From contig NMRA01000177.1 of the NCBI GenBank assembly GCA_002633005.1, positions 511,942 to 575,941 on the forward strand: 64,000 nucleotides of DNA, read 5' to 3'. Position numbers and translations under genes: made by a program. This document shows positions 40,201 to 52,700 of the stretch, in pieces (position 1 is the stretch's first letter; each line of letters begins with the position of its first letter). This stretch comes from Phoronis australis. Lineage: Eukaryota > Animalia > Phoronida. The notes beneath the pieces are model-generated. The model did no database searches. It was not told where the DNA came from and saw only the letters and a program-made list of their open reading frames with translations.

Positions 40201-42788
40201 GAAATGGGCGCAGACCAGAACCATTAATGCTACTTCTTGGCCTAAGTCTAATGCTTTTCCATGTTCAACTTTTGCACCACGACTGCCACCAGTCAAAGTT
40301 TTGAAAAACTCTGGACACTGACAACAATGTTAAAAGCCCTTGAAAAATAAAAAAAAAATATTTTTTTATATTTACTTTTGTCCCAAATTGGTGAGATTTT
40401 ACCGTACGCGACTCTTAAACTTACCATTTTCTCGTAGACCATAGCTAAAATACTGGCGGCTTCAAACCGGACATCCTCAAATGAAGTAAGCTGGGCGAAC
40501 TGTTAAGGTCTCGAAAATTTGCAAATGCAAAAATAGTCCATTAACCTGCCACAATAGACACACGCAGGCACGCAGACACACTAGTTAACATTACAGGGTG
40601 CTTCAATATGATGGAACCAAAATGGACATGTTGCACTTTCATATTGGATGGATATTTTTGAAACATCCTGAGGATTACTAACATAACTGTCATCTAATTA
40701 CACAACCAACACTCAAACCGCTTTACAACGGACCTCTACAGACTTTTCTAAAATGTTCATTGTAACTGAAGTTCCTTGTAACCAAATCAATTACACACAG
40801 TGCAGTTGGCTCAGGACTGGAATGAAAGAAAAAGAGCGAGTGAACATTATAAACCAAGCACACTGTAACAAAGTTTGGCTGTTATGACTAATCGAGAAAC
40901 ATGAAGACAGATCAAGTGAATTTGTTTCCACGTTTTACAAGAAAATGTCTGGGTCAGTCAATACTTTAGATTGTTCAGTGAATATTGAACATAATAAAAA
41001 TGACTTGTTCTATTAGAAATGTGCATGGTACAGAGACCTTTGTTTTTAGTGGCTTTCTAGTGTGTGGTTGTGAAAGGAAACATTGTCAGAAAGTCAGAAT
41101 GAAAAAAACATGGGAGTCTCCCTGCTATTCAACGTCGCCCCCAACAGGTCAATGGTGGCAAATGTTGACCACAATTACATCGCCCAGACCCATGCTTTTG
41201 GTTTTCATTTTTTTTTGTTTATATTCGTGATCCTTTCCATTAAGTATTCATGAAATTTCATATCTTTCTAGAATGATCGATTTGGTGACCTGCAGTTCGC
41301 CAGTGCGACTTTATACTGTGTTTGGCGAACAGATAAAAATCCCAAGTTGCCATGAAGACACCAAAACGAGTATTAAAGTCAGTCAATAATTCACACGAAA
41401 TTCATTTCAAAATTTGTGGTGACTTCCAAACTTGAAATTAACAAAACTTTTCCTAGATTCAATACCTTTGGTTCGCAATTTCATTTATTTCGTGAAATCA
41501 GTTCATTAAGCACCCTCAGCAGTCAACACATATCAAACACACGTATAAATTACAACAGGAAGTAAACAGACGAAAGTTGGAATTGTTCAGCAAAAATCGG
41601 ACAAGGTCGGGCCATAAAACACAGACCTCTCGTGTATCAGAGATTTGGGAGAATGGAAGAGGTAAAGCGGTAAGCGTAACAGCACATTAGTTTTTTATTT
41701 TTGGTTGGCGAATTCCGACCTCAGTTTGGCGACCTCAGTTCGGCGACCTCAGTTTGGCGACCTCAGTTTTCATTTCGAAATCTGAGATTTTCACTAAGTC
41801 GTATTTGGTGAGTTTGTGTTAAGCTAAGCGTCAAGCAATTAAAATATATGGCCAGTAGTTATAGGCGAGATTGGTGTATTACAATTCTTGTTTATCATTC
41901 CTAATGGCCTGGTTAGGAGACAAGTGTCATCGAAGCCATTGTATCGTATCCAATGATGTTGTACAGTTCTGAGTTGCAAATGACAGCTTAAATCTTGGCC
42001 TTGGTTGACAAGTCGTATAAGGATACATTCTGGGACATGGTCCACTGCAAATAAAAAGACAGACATTCAAGTCACTTAAGAGTGGCCCCGGATTTTGAGA
42101 ACCAGTTTGTTGCTTGTTATCCCATGGAGGAAACTGGTTCTCACAGCTCAGGAAAATGATAAGTGACTATGTATTCAATGACTTCCACAATTTTCAAGAC
42201 CACAAGCAAAATCTTAAAACAAGTTCGACTATAAAAAAATTGAGGAAGTGCATTAACTGATAGTCAAGGAATGATAAGACAAATTCACTGTCTTCCAGAC
42301 TGAAAGTCAAGCGGCCAAATGTAACAGTGCAACTACTACAACTGAAGTGTCTACTTAATCTACACAATACAGGATTGTGAAAGTGTATGTCAAACAAGAA
42401 ACGGGAATCACCATTACTTTCACAGTTCAAAATCATTTCCTTTCAACGTTTTAAAATTGTATTGGACTGGACACACTTCAACAAGCATGAAAATCAGTTA
42501 TTCAAGTTTTACGCGTACAAGTAAATAACACCTAAACTAACATAAGTTCACACTTACCGCTTTTTCAAGATGAGCTCTTGCTAAGTCCAGATTTTTGGTG
42601 TGTGTGTACAAGACATTTCCTAACTGTAGATGTGTCCGTGTCTCGATTCGAGGCGGAGGTTTCAAATTCAAAATTGTCTTCAAGCAGTGTATACACAACC
42701 TAAAATTGGGTGGATTAGAAGTCCTAAAACTTTCCGAAAATCCCAGTAGCGACAGGTACCAGTTGTCTTGCTGCTGGACCGCCGCCAT
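28209..42788 (-). CDS. MAU2: MAU2 (Scc4) sister chromatid cohesion factor, cohesin loader subunit
   Basis: Minus-strand exons: 42788-42558, 42044-42027 (18-nt microexon WTMSQN), 40490-40425, 39234-39139, 38676-38554, 37687-37532, 36189-36117, 35477-35313, 34817-34714, 32824-32681, 32213-32086, 31766-31683, 30549-30438, 29854-29764, 29106-28979, 28274-28209. Peptides [60 protein letters not shown] and [23 protein letters not shown] match MAU2. Confidence 0.96.
31144..31322. mobile_element. ~180-bp MITE, TIR AATTGACCTATCAC
   Basis: 14-bp TIRs; an inverted homolog lies at 55859-56037. Confidence 0.75.
33480..34227. mobile_element. Putative non-autonomous element with a terminal palindrome
   Basis: Ends in ACTTGGCGGAAGAATTCCGCCAAGT and lies between the two parts of the MAU2 acceptor-echo array; left boundary approximate. 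Confidence 0.5.
36248..36695. mobile_element. MITE/foldback element with ~185-bp inverted repeats
   Basis: 36248-36432 is the near reverse complement of 36513-36695, with an ~80-bp spacer and flanking direct repeat AACCCA(CAC). Confidence 0.85.
39442..40703. repeat. Direct duplication 39442-40071 / 40073-40703 across N 40072 (includes MAU2 exon 3)
   Basis: Near-identical ~630-bp copies abutting a single N. Confidence 0.92.
40491..42026 (-). other. U12-type GT-AG intron in MAU2 (intron 2)
   Basis: 5' splice site |GTATCCTTAT directly after the 18-nt microexon. Branch site CCTTAAC lies ~11 nt before the AG (GACCTTAACAGTTCGCCCAG), with no polypyrimidine tract. Confidence 0.9.
41716..41769. repeat. 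14-bp tandem repeat (CGACCTCAGTTTGG) x4
   Basis: Direct tandem copies inside the MAU2 U12 intron. Confidence 0.9.
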
Positions 42789-42854
42789 TTTCCCTCTTTT
42801 GTGGAGCACCTGTCAAGAGCGCTACCGTGTGGCCGTTCAGCAAACTAGACAAAC
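42789..42854. promoter_or_regulatory. 66-bp divergent spacer between MAU2 and POLR3C start codons (candidate bidirectional promoter)
   Basis: CAT at 42786-42788 and ATG at 42855-42857. A YY1-like AAAATGGCGGC overlaps the MAU2 start codon. Confidence 0.7.
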
Positions 42855-45800
42855 ATGTCGAAGAGTGTGGTGAAACTTGTGTCGCTTATTCTGAGAGAGC
42901 ATTTCGGTGATGTCGTGGAGAAAGTTGGCAGTAGACTGGCTTCACATGGCCCTGCTCTGCTCAGAGAGCTGGTACACGTTACGAAACTACCCTTAAATCA
43001 GGTAATAAACACATAAATGGAGTGCCGAAAGTTCAAAACATCACAACACAGTTATTCTCAGGAGTAGCTTTGCTCACCAGGTGGTGTTAGCTGTATCTTG
43101 ACTTCTGGTCTTGAATTGATAACTTATTCGGATTCATTTTTCTGTTCTAGGTGAAGAAATCACTCTGTGTCCTCATACAACATAGCATCGTGTCTACCTC
43201 CACGAACAAACGTGGAGTGGTTGAATACACTCTGGATAGTGGATGTGTTCTATTGAGGCTGAGGTTTGCAAGGTATATGTCTATGACAAGACCAATCATT
43301 CAGTGGCATTGCGGGTCTACAGTTGCAGGGTGTTCCATCGAAACAGGAACCTCGGTGTAAAACAGATATCCCGGTGTCGAAAACAGACTCCTGCACCTTA
43401 AAAACAGCTAACCATCTTGAAAACACAAAACCCGACCTTTAAAACAGGAATCCCGGGGATCGGACAGGAAATCAGGACATTTTTTTCGGTCCCCGGGTGT
43501 CCTGCCTGATCCCCAGGATTCTTGTTTTAAAAGTCTGGGTTGTCGAAAACAAACTCCCGCACATTCAAAACAGCTAACCTTCCTGAAAACACCAACCCCG
43601 ACCTTTAAAACTGGAATCCCGGAGATCGGGCAGGAAAACAGGACTTTTTTGGTCCCGAGGTTTCCTGTACGATCCCCGGGATTCCTGTTTTAAAGGCCAA
43701 GGTTCGTGTTTTTCAGGATTGTTAGCTGTTTTGAAGTTGCGGGAGTCTAATCGACTCCAGGATAACTGTTTTACACCAGGGTTTCTGTTTCGATGGAACA
43801 CCCTGAGTTGTGCACATGCCCACTAGAGCATTCTTTTCAGAACATATATCTTGTATACTATACGTGTAAGAGAGGGACATTCTCTGCCATTCGCTCCTTC
43901 CAGCTCAAAGCATACATATTTCTCAAGAAGGTTCTGCAATCTTGCCACTATGTTAGCTACACCTTAGTGATTGGACGGTGTCAGGTTTCAAAATTCACTG
44001 TCAATTGAATGAATCCAGTTTGTAGACAGCAATCAGCAATCCTTCATAGATTAGCTAACAATCGAGAAACAAATCACTCAGTGGCGAGATTGAGACCCTC
44101 GTCAGACATCCAGTAGCTCGTGAACACGCCTCCTTTTAAACAAAGATTCCTTATCACAGCCAGAGGGGGAGGTGGAGTGGCGGTTGGTGAGATTTTGTCT
44201 CTTTTTAAGAATTCAGACATTTTATCCCACAGCTGCGTCATATTTACAGTTTTACCTGCCTGTACCGTGGTTTATTGTCAAGCTGGGATCTACAGGTGGT
44301 TTGGCACTTCTCACTAGCATGACCTGTATGTCAAGGTCAAATGGATTGTGTACTCATTGTCACGTCATTTCTATTGGTTTATTTCCATCAACCTCTAGCC
44401 TATTTACATTGACAAAAAATTTCGTTCGGGAACTTCTCTGGCCATCTTCAGGTGTTTCGGCTGGTCGTTTCTCTGGCCATCTCCAGGTGTTCCAGCATAG
44501 AAGAACAAACACTGGTATATGGGAGCTTACCCCATCAACCTCACAAAATTCCCCTCAGTCTGAGAATTCACAGGTACTGTTTTCGTCCTTTTAGCGAGGG
44601 CCCTAGTGTTGATTATTCCAGCGTTGCTTGCTCAAATAATTGTTCCTAGATGTTCACTATACTTTAGGTTCATTTACTGCGCCAAGACCCTCTATGGAGA
44701 CACAGCGGAACTAATTGTCGAAGAATTACTCAAGCATGGATACCAAACAATGAGTCAAGTTATAAAGACTGTAGTGACGAGACTCAACGAGTCATTAAAT
44801 GGTAAGTTGGTTGGATGAAGGTTTCAGTAGTTCTCTGATAAGAACAAAAAATTGAATATTTGGTTTACTAGTGCTCCTGGCTCATTTTGAAACTAGCGCC
44901 ACCTAGTTGGCATCTGGTGACGCTGGATTATCAATTAGGATCCTGACTTAATTTACTCTGACAGGTAATGCTAGGGACAAAAAAGGATACTGACCCATTT
45001 CAGGCCACCTAAAAATTGTATCACCACTTTGACCTAGTTACTGCCTTCTCAAGTACTCTTGCCAGTCAGTTGTGAATCATAGGTAGAGCTGGGCACAGCA
45101 GCTAATCTCTAACAGAGTGATTTCGTGAAGTTTCTATCTGCAATGTATATCACCAACCAGTTCACAGATTGTAGCTATAGTTAATCAGCTAGCAAAATGG
45201 CCGCTGTAGGTGATTTGGTGGCATCACAGGTGTGTGTCATAACTAATAACAAGGATCACTGAACACTCCACACTTTAATTTCCTATGGCAGAGATCAGTT
45301 TTTGGAACCAAGTAAACCAATTTGTCAGTTGCTGTTCTTGATGTTGTATTGGTTTTAATATGAGGTGGAGTGCTGCATTAACTGTATTATGTCTTGTTTT
45401 GAAGGGTCACAGACAATGTCACCTGGTGTTGTTCATGAGAAGTTCTCCAGTTTAGTCATGACACATTTCTTACAAAGAGTGAAGCCGACAAACACTGGCA
45501 CAACAGTAGCAGCCTCTAGTCAGGAAAAGGAGAAACATTTGTATGATATACCGAACATAAATCTTTCAAGTGAGTACTCTTGGTTTAATGGAACTTTGGT
45601 AAAAGTGTTCAAAAGTTTTGTTTCTCAGACAGAAATGACAAGATTCTTTGACCAGAAGTTAAATTGCAATTTTGCATGTGGAAACTCTCTTGTGTTTTAC
45701 TATATTCTCTCTTGAGGAGACAGTGTGGCCTAGTGGGTTGAGCGCGTGCCTCCTGTTCTCAAGGTCAATGAGTACAAATTCCACTGAACCTCACTGCTAA

Positions 45801-48800
45801 AGCCTTGAGTCAGGTCTTTAGCTCCTCAGCTTGGTCTTGGTGTATCTCTGTGTCTATAGGTGTGTATTGATAAAACAGAAAGGGTTTCAGTTGTCTAGTG
45901 CAATGGACCCGGCTGAGTGGCCTGTGCACTTTTATCAGATCACCTGCACTATTTTTTACCATATTCTCAAATGTACTAGCCAATCAGTTGTTAGTCACTG
46001 CAGGTCAAAGTTCAGATGTGGTATCTGGTGTCCACTTATTGTATTTATATATACAGAATGTGAACTTGGGATTTAGAGGTTCAGCCAATATCATCTTGAG
46101 TCACTATTTGAATTTCACGTTAGTTTAAGACGCAATGATCTCTGTTTTTGTATTATAGAGTTGAGTTCTCGTAAAAGAAAATTGTCCGATGACTCCACTA
46201 GTTCGTCTGCCAAAAAGCCTCGCTGTGAGGCAGGGAACGATGAAGTAAGTAGGTCATGGGGGCGATTTGTTGCTGCTATTTAAAATAAAACATGGTGCGA
46301 ATTCCGCATCACGTTTTTGTGTCCTAATTTCCTTTCCGTTAATTCACAAATTCAGCTATGTCTTACGTAATATTTTCACTCGCTGAGCGTGTCATTGTCA
46401 TTTTCACTGCAAAATAAGATGAATAAGTGTCACCATGCAACACTGTTCCTATAATTTGTCTGGTGAAGCAGACAAAGGGCTTTTCAAACATGGTGCAAAA
46501 CATTTATAACATGGAGCAGCACCATGTTTGCTGGCATGTACTTTTGTAGGGAGAACACTGCTGCTCTGGTGTGATGACACCAAAGCCTCAAGATGGCGCT
46601 GATCGATTTAGCCATTTGAGGCCTGCTTTTGGGAATTACATTCTGCACAATGATTGGCCGCTGCCTTGGCGTCATTAAATGAAAGGCAGATTTCAATTGT
46701 TTTTGCAGACGTTGTTGCTACCATTTATGAAGTAGAAGGCATTGTTTTGAATATGGTTCGAAATAAAGGTTGTTGGCGTACTTATTTTCAATTCTTGTTT
46801 ATTAATAGTATCATAGAAATTAATTGTTTTCTAATCAAAATACATCATTTTGCAATAATTTAGACCTAAATTGTTGCAATATACTGTTAGTTTTCCTTTT
46901 TTATGAAACTACAGAAAATTTTGAAATTATTCAACTCTTGATATTCCGGCGATTTCCGTAAAAATGTGTCAAAATTCGGACTCATTTCATTTCCCATAAC
47001 CAAGCCTCAAATGGTTAAACCGATCAGCGCCACCTTGAGGCTTGGAGATGAGGATGGATGTAACACCTGTTGTGTTGTACACTAATCTTTGATCAAAAGT
47101 CCGTGTAGGATGTCTAACATCCGTAACAATGACAAAAACAAAATAAACTATAAAAGCAACAATGGCACTAATAGTCGTGAAAATACTAATATTAATTGAA
47201 TAAAATTTGTTGAAAATGATGATAGAGAAATAATATTAATCATCAGGGCTCGTAATTTTCCTCTTCAAAGAGAATTTCCTCTTGTTTGGTTTCCAGTTTC
47301 CTCTTTTTTCGTCTCTTGTTTATTGTTATTTTGACTTTATTCTTGCAAAAAATTTTCTTACAGTTTAATTTACAAGAACATAGAAAGTATTTCTATCACA
47401 TTAGCTTATTTTTGTACAGCGATACTTAACCTGGAAAATTTTCCTCTTTTTGTCATTGGTCATTGCATGTCCTGAATAATAGTGTTCTCTAACGATACTG
47501 AAGAGTTACAAGTCAGATATTTATGATTTTCTGTGTTCCTGACGGTGTATTCATTGCTCTGTTTCTGCTGCAAGTGTTGTTTACTATATTTGGTTACTGT
47601 TTACTTCACATTGCAGTTGTGTGAAGACTCAGGAATTTATTGGCGCGTCAACTTGTCACGGTTTCATCAGTACTTCAGAGACCAGGCAATCATCTCGGCC
47701 ACAGAGAATGTTATTGACAAGGTGAGTTTAAGCTCTGACAATGAGGATTAAGGACTCGCTTCGGGGAAATACACGCCAACATGTCAACAAACTTGTTTTT
47801 GATTTGATGATTTTGGTGGTTCTAATAGCAAACGTACGACATTCAGGCCTTTTGTGCTTTGAGAGGACAAAAGTGAGTTCTGCTTGATTCAATCCCAAAT
47901 TATGATGGTTAGGAAGGGGCTAAGTTGACGAAGATACGCCATTCCCCACGTCTTTGTAATGTGATGAATTAATTGGCTCTCAGTTGGAGATGTCCCATAA
48001 GGAACTAGTGTATGTGTTTGTTACAAGTTACATGTGATTGTTTACTGTGATTGCAGTTTTGCACTTGCATTTGTCGCAAGTCTTGTGGATACGTGTAAAG
48101 ACAGTCAGGAAGTTGGCCTGTCGATTGACGATGCATGACCTTGTGAGGTCCTTGTAGTGCTACTTCTGAGACTGTGTTGTTAGTCAGGACTCGCAGTAGT
48201 TGGGTTGAATTTGCTAGATGCGGTTCTGCTTTCTACCTAGATATAATGCCTCACGATTTCTGGGTTTGTCATTATTTTCCTTGTATGTTCTGTGTATTCT
48301 TGAATAAATGCATGTTACCTTACGCTGTAGATGGCGGCGGAAGTGGTGCGCACAATCCTCCGGCTGAGTGAAGTGAAGACCGATCCTAGCGCCACCTACA
48401 CTAGTCCTGTTTCCTGTCATGAGGTATGCAAATTCAATGGGTTGGGTTTCTTTTGTTTACACTAGAATTGAGTACATGTCTCTCGGACATTGTTCAGTGC
48501 ACTTCACTATGACTTGTAATCACATTTGAAAGTAATTCAATATACAGTACGAGCCAAAAGTATTCAGACAAAATGGCCCAGAATTCCCAGCATGACGGCT
48601 GGATGGAAGCCAAATTCATGGTTAGAGTAGTCTCCCCTGATGACTGAGAATGAAGGGGAATTAACAGGAAAGTTAATAAAGGTGGCTAGGTGATTATTAC
48701 CAGTCACTTTTGGTGTTAATAGAATTGGTCAGCATGATGGGGAAAACGGTTTTTTGTCTGATTACTTTTGTATTGCACTGTATTTTGTCTGATTACTTTT

Positions 48801-49686
48801 GTTTTGCACTGTATTTTGTCTGATTTCTTTTGTCTTGCAGCGTATTTTGTCTGAATACTTTTGTCTTGCACTGTATCTTGTCTGATTACTTTTGTCTTGC
48901 TCTGTATTTTCTCTGATTACTTTTGTCTTGTACTGTATATTACTTATAGCTGTGGCACTGTTGCCTTTGTGTACACTTCCATTTCTACCTCATTTTCATT
49001 CAACGTTTGTGAAAGATAAAGCGCTTTCATTAATTTACTCAGGGATTGTTGTCAGTTTCATTGTTTCATCAGTAACCCGTTGTTTTGTGCTGGTACGGCA
49101 GTCTTTTACTCGACGGGGTTCTATACTAATTGTTGTGTTTTTCAGATACTTTCAGCATTGCCAAAAGACGTCGGGATGAGGAAAGCAGACTTGGAGCAGT
49201 ACCTGACCCTCTTAGTTGGTGATTCTGTACGTTTGCATTTCACCGAGGTTTATTTAATTTTGTGTTATTTGAAATGAAGCCCTTCTTGAGACCGGTGTTA
49301 TTAAAAACGACACAACTGGTGTTGTTCACACAAATATTTAAGTCCTAACTATTTAACTAGACTGAATTGGCTAATGGTTTGCTATTTACAGAAAATCAAA
49401 GCACTTGCTTTCATTAGTGGTAGGATCTTGTGTATTTAAAAAATATATAAATGCTTACTATTTCATTATTTTAGACCAGTTATGTTACAAAGAGTGGTGA
49501 CAGTGGCGGTGGAATGTACTCTATTCGTATCTTTTCATGTTCAGCAGCAGCAGCTGAGGGGGCGCTAGCAGTCGACTTTAATATGTAAGATCGTGGGTTC
49601 AAATAAGGGCTCAATGTTACAGCCTTGTAGTTATGGCATTTTACCCACGTTGCTGCAGTCAACTCAGTTGTTGATTAGCAAAAGCT

Positions 49687-49771
<85 letters not shown>

Positions 49772-52700
49772 TGTTCATTTGTTATAGTGACAAGTACATT
49801 CATTGTTCATTAATTCCAGCAACATATGAATTGTGATAATAATCTATACTCAGTTGGGCTTATTTTTCACTTCTGAATGACACGTAGTAACAGTTAAGAA
49901 ATCAAAAATATAGCTACATCTGTGCTCGTACCCTGACTGAACAAATTTGGAAATTGTTGAAAAAAGTGATGGAATTATAATTTTAATCCTTCTACTCTGC
50001 TATAATCTAGAAAATTATTATTTCAAAAATTAATATTCTAGCACTTCAGAAAGTTAGTTACAATGATCCTCACGGCTGCTGGAGGATTTAGAATCTTTTA
50101 CTTGACTGTTTCTCCTTAACTTGTGACTAGACTTTGAGCGTGCTGCCATCTGTCTGTGTAAGGCACACATTGAGTCAGTGATTCAGGAGAGGTTCGGCTC
50201 CAAGTGTCTCCGTATATTCAGACTGTTGATGATCAACAGACGAGTAGAGCAGCAACAGGTATGTTAAAATTTCGTCTGCTCACTGATTTTGAACAAAAAT
50301 TTTTGTCAGAATTTACGTTTTTTTCGATTCCAAGGGCTTCCCACATTGTTGTGAATGGCCAGGATTCTTGAAGATATTGTCTGATCGTAGCTGTGATTGA
50401 GAACTTGAAATTTCGAAAGTATTTCTTTCATTGATGCTCTTTTCTTTCATGAAAAAAAAAATAATTTGTCCGGTACCATTCAGTGTCATTTGATAACATT
50501 TTATTGTATTTTTGAAAAAAAGTGGACGAATTTTGTCAAATGTGTCTGGTTTAGTCAAGATTATCAAGCTTATAAAAATCCTTAAGATAATCAGAGAAAA
50601 TATAACATTATCATTTGAAAATTTGCTAATTAAAATTACATGTTTAAATGGTGGATACTCGTATTTCATTACTTGTGACTGCTTGGCTCCAGACAAACTA
50701 ATCCAGTTCTTTGTAATTTGATGTAATTTTAAGTTTGTGGCTTTGTGTCAAAGTTCAGAGGTTACTCAATATTTGAAGATTGGGCAATGATGTCCATGAC
50801 ATGTTTTCTTGTCTGCTGGGGCCTAGTTATTTATAATTTGTTTGGTTTTCTTTTGTGTTCAGATCGAGAGTGCGGCAATGATTCCTGCTAAGGAGGCCAA
50901 GGAGATGTTATACAATATGTTCTCAGAAAGATTTATCTCCGTCACGGTATGTACTCGATATATATTCATTTGCAGAAAAAGGAGAGAACGCAGGTTAACT
51001 TCTCCGGCGGACATTGTTGTAGCTTGTACATTGTATGACACTTCCGGTTTGAAGACATGGTGTTTTTAACCAATCAATTTTTGCAGGAATTTGCTAAAAA
51101 TGTGAAAAAAAAATTGATTTAGACCATTGGTCTCTTTTTATTAATTTGGTTTTCAGAGAAATCAACTCAAAACTTTCAAAATATCTTTGATAATATAAGC
51201 AGATATGCTAAATTTACAAAAAAAATATCTTCGTGATCATCCCCTTTACAAGTTCAAAATACTAGGGACCATGAAAAGTCGTAAAGTCGTAATGATGTAT
51301 TATAATATCTGTTCCTCAGCTGCGTAACTTCCATATTGGTTTTGGTGTATACGGTGTTTGTGTGTTTGTGTGTATGTGCTTGTGCGTGTCGGTTTTTCCA
51401 CAGCTCGGAAGTCACTCATTCACTCTTCATTTCAGGAAGTGTCCAGGACCCCTGACCACGCTCCTTCAAGAACGTTCTATCTGTTCTCAGTCAACATAAA
51501 TCAGCTGACCAGGATGCTACTGGACAGGTGTTTCAAGGTACGAAAACTAACCTCGCTAGTCACTCGTGAGAATCGGCAGTCAGAGTTATGGCTTGCACAA
51601 TAGAAATAGAGCTTTGTGATTGTTCACGATTTACCCATAATTCAGCGCTTCATAGTAGCCACCCAATCACTTCCCCTTTGTTGAAACAAATTCATTATTT
51701 ATGATAAATTATGATCAATCAGAATTGCTGGAATGAATCAAATGCAAGAAAACATCTGTTAAGGAAACTTAACGATCTTCAGGAAAATGATGATTTGTTA
51801 ATGTCACCATTTTAAAGCAAATATAAACCCCTGCTGTCACAAAAATTTTAATTTGGACCACATAATGTTTTGAAGTTGGTCTCGCATTGTTTTTAGTGTT
51901 AATAGTCGTGATTTCTAGGCTTGGAATGAACTGTCAGTTTGTTATTGCTTGATTTGTCATGAAGTGTTATTCTATTTGCCATGAAGTGTAAATTGCCATG
52001 AAGTGTTATTTTATTTGCCATGAAGTGTTATTTTGTTTGCCATAAAGTGTCATTTTATTTGCCATGAAGTGTTATTTTATTTGACGAGCATGGTCTAAAG
52101 CAATAACGAAACATTATTTTCAAACCTCGATATCACTTCTCATCTGAGGATCAAGCTGAGACCAATGTTATTGCGGTAGTTGGTCTAAATCAATATTTAG
52201 TTTCTTTGACAGTTCGAAGATTTATTGCAAAGTATGCATTATGTCACATGATCAATAGGCCAGTACCATTTTTATGTGCCCACATATTTATATGTGGTTG
52301 CATATTGCCGTCATCTCTGCCAGTCCGGGCGTCTGGTGTCCGGCGTCCGCAGCTGTATCTCCTAAACCCCTCACAGGATCTTGATGAGATTTGGCAGATG
52401 TGTTCTTATGAAGCTGACAATGGACGACGACGAATTTCAGACCTTTCCGACTATCGGTGTGCCCCCTAGTTACAATTTTATTTTTTACGCTTACCTCTGT
52501 ATCTTCGGATGTCCTCAATGGATTTTCATAAAATTTGGAAGTTAGGCATCTATTAGTGAGATGATACCATCCCCCCGTTTTCGGATGGTTTTAAGGTACT
52601 TTGCGCCACCAAGTGGCCATTTTTACTGTTTTTGAGCCCATGGCTGTATCTCCTAAACCTTTCACACGATCTTAATGAGATTTGGCGGATGTGTTCCCAT

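Noticed and set aside
49593-49787. Poly-Ser or poly-Gln ORF
   Set aside because: It is only the translation of an intronic CAG microsatellite.
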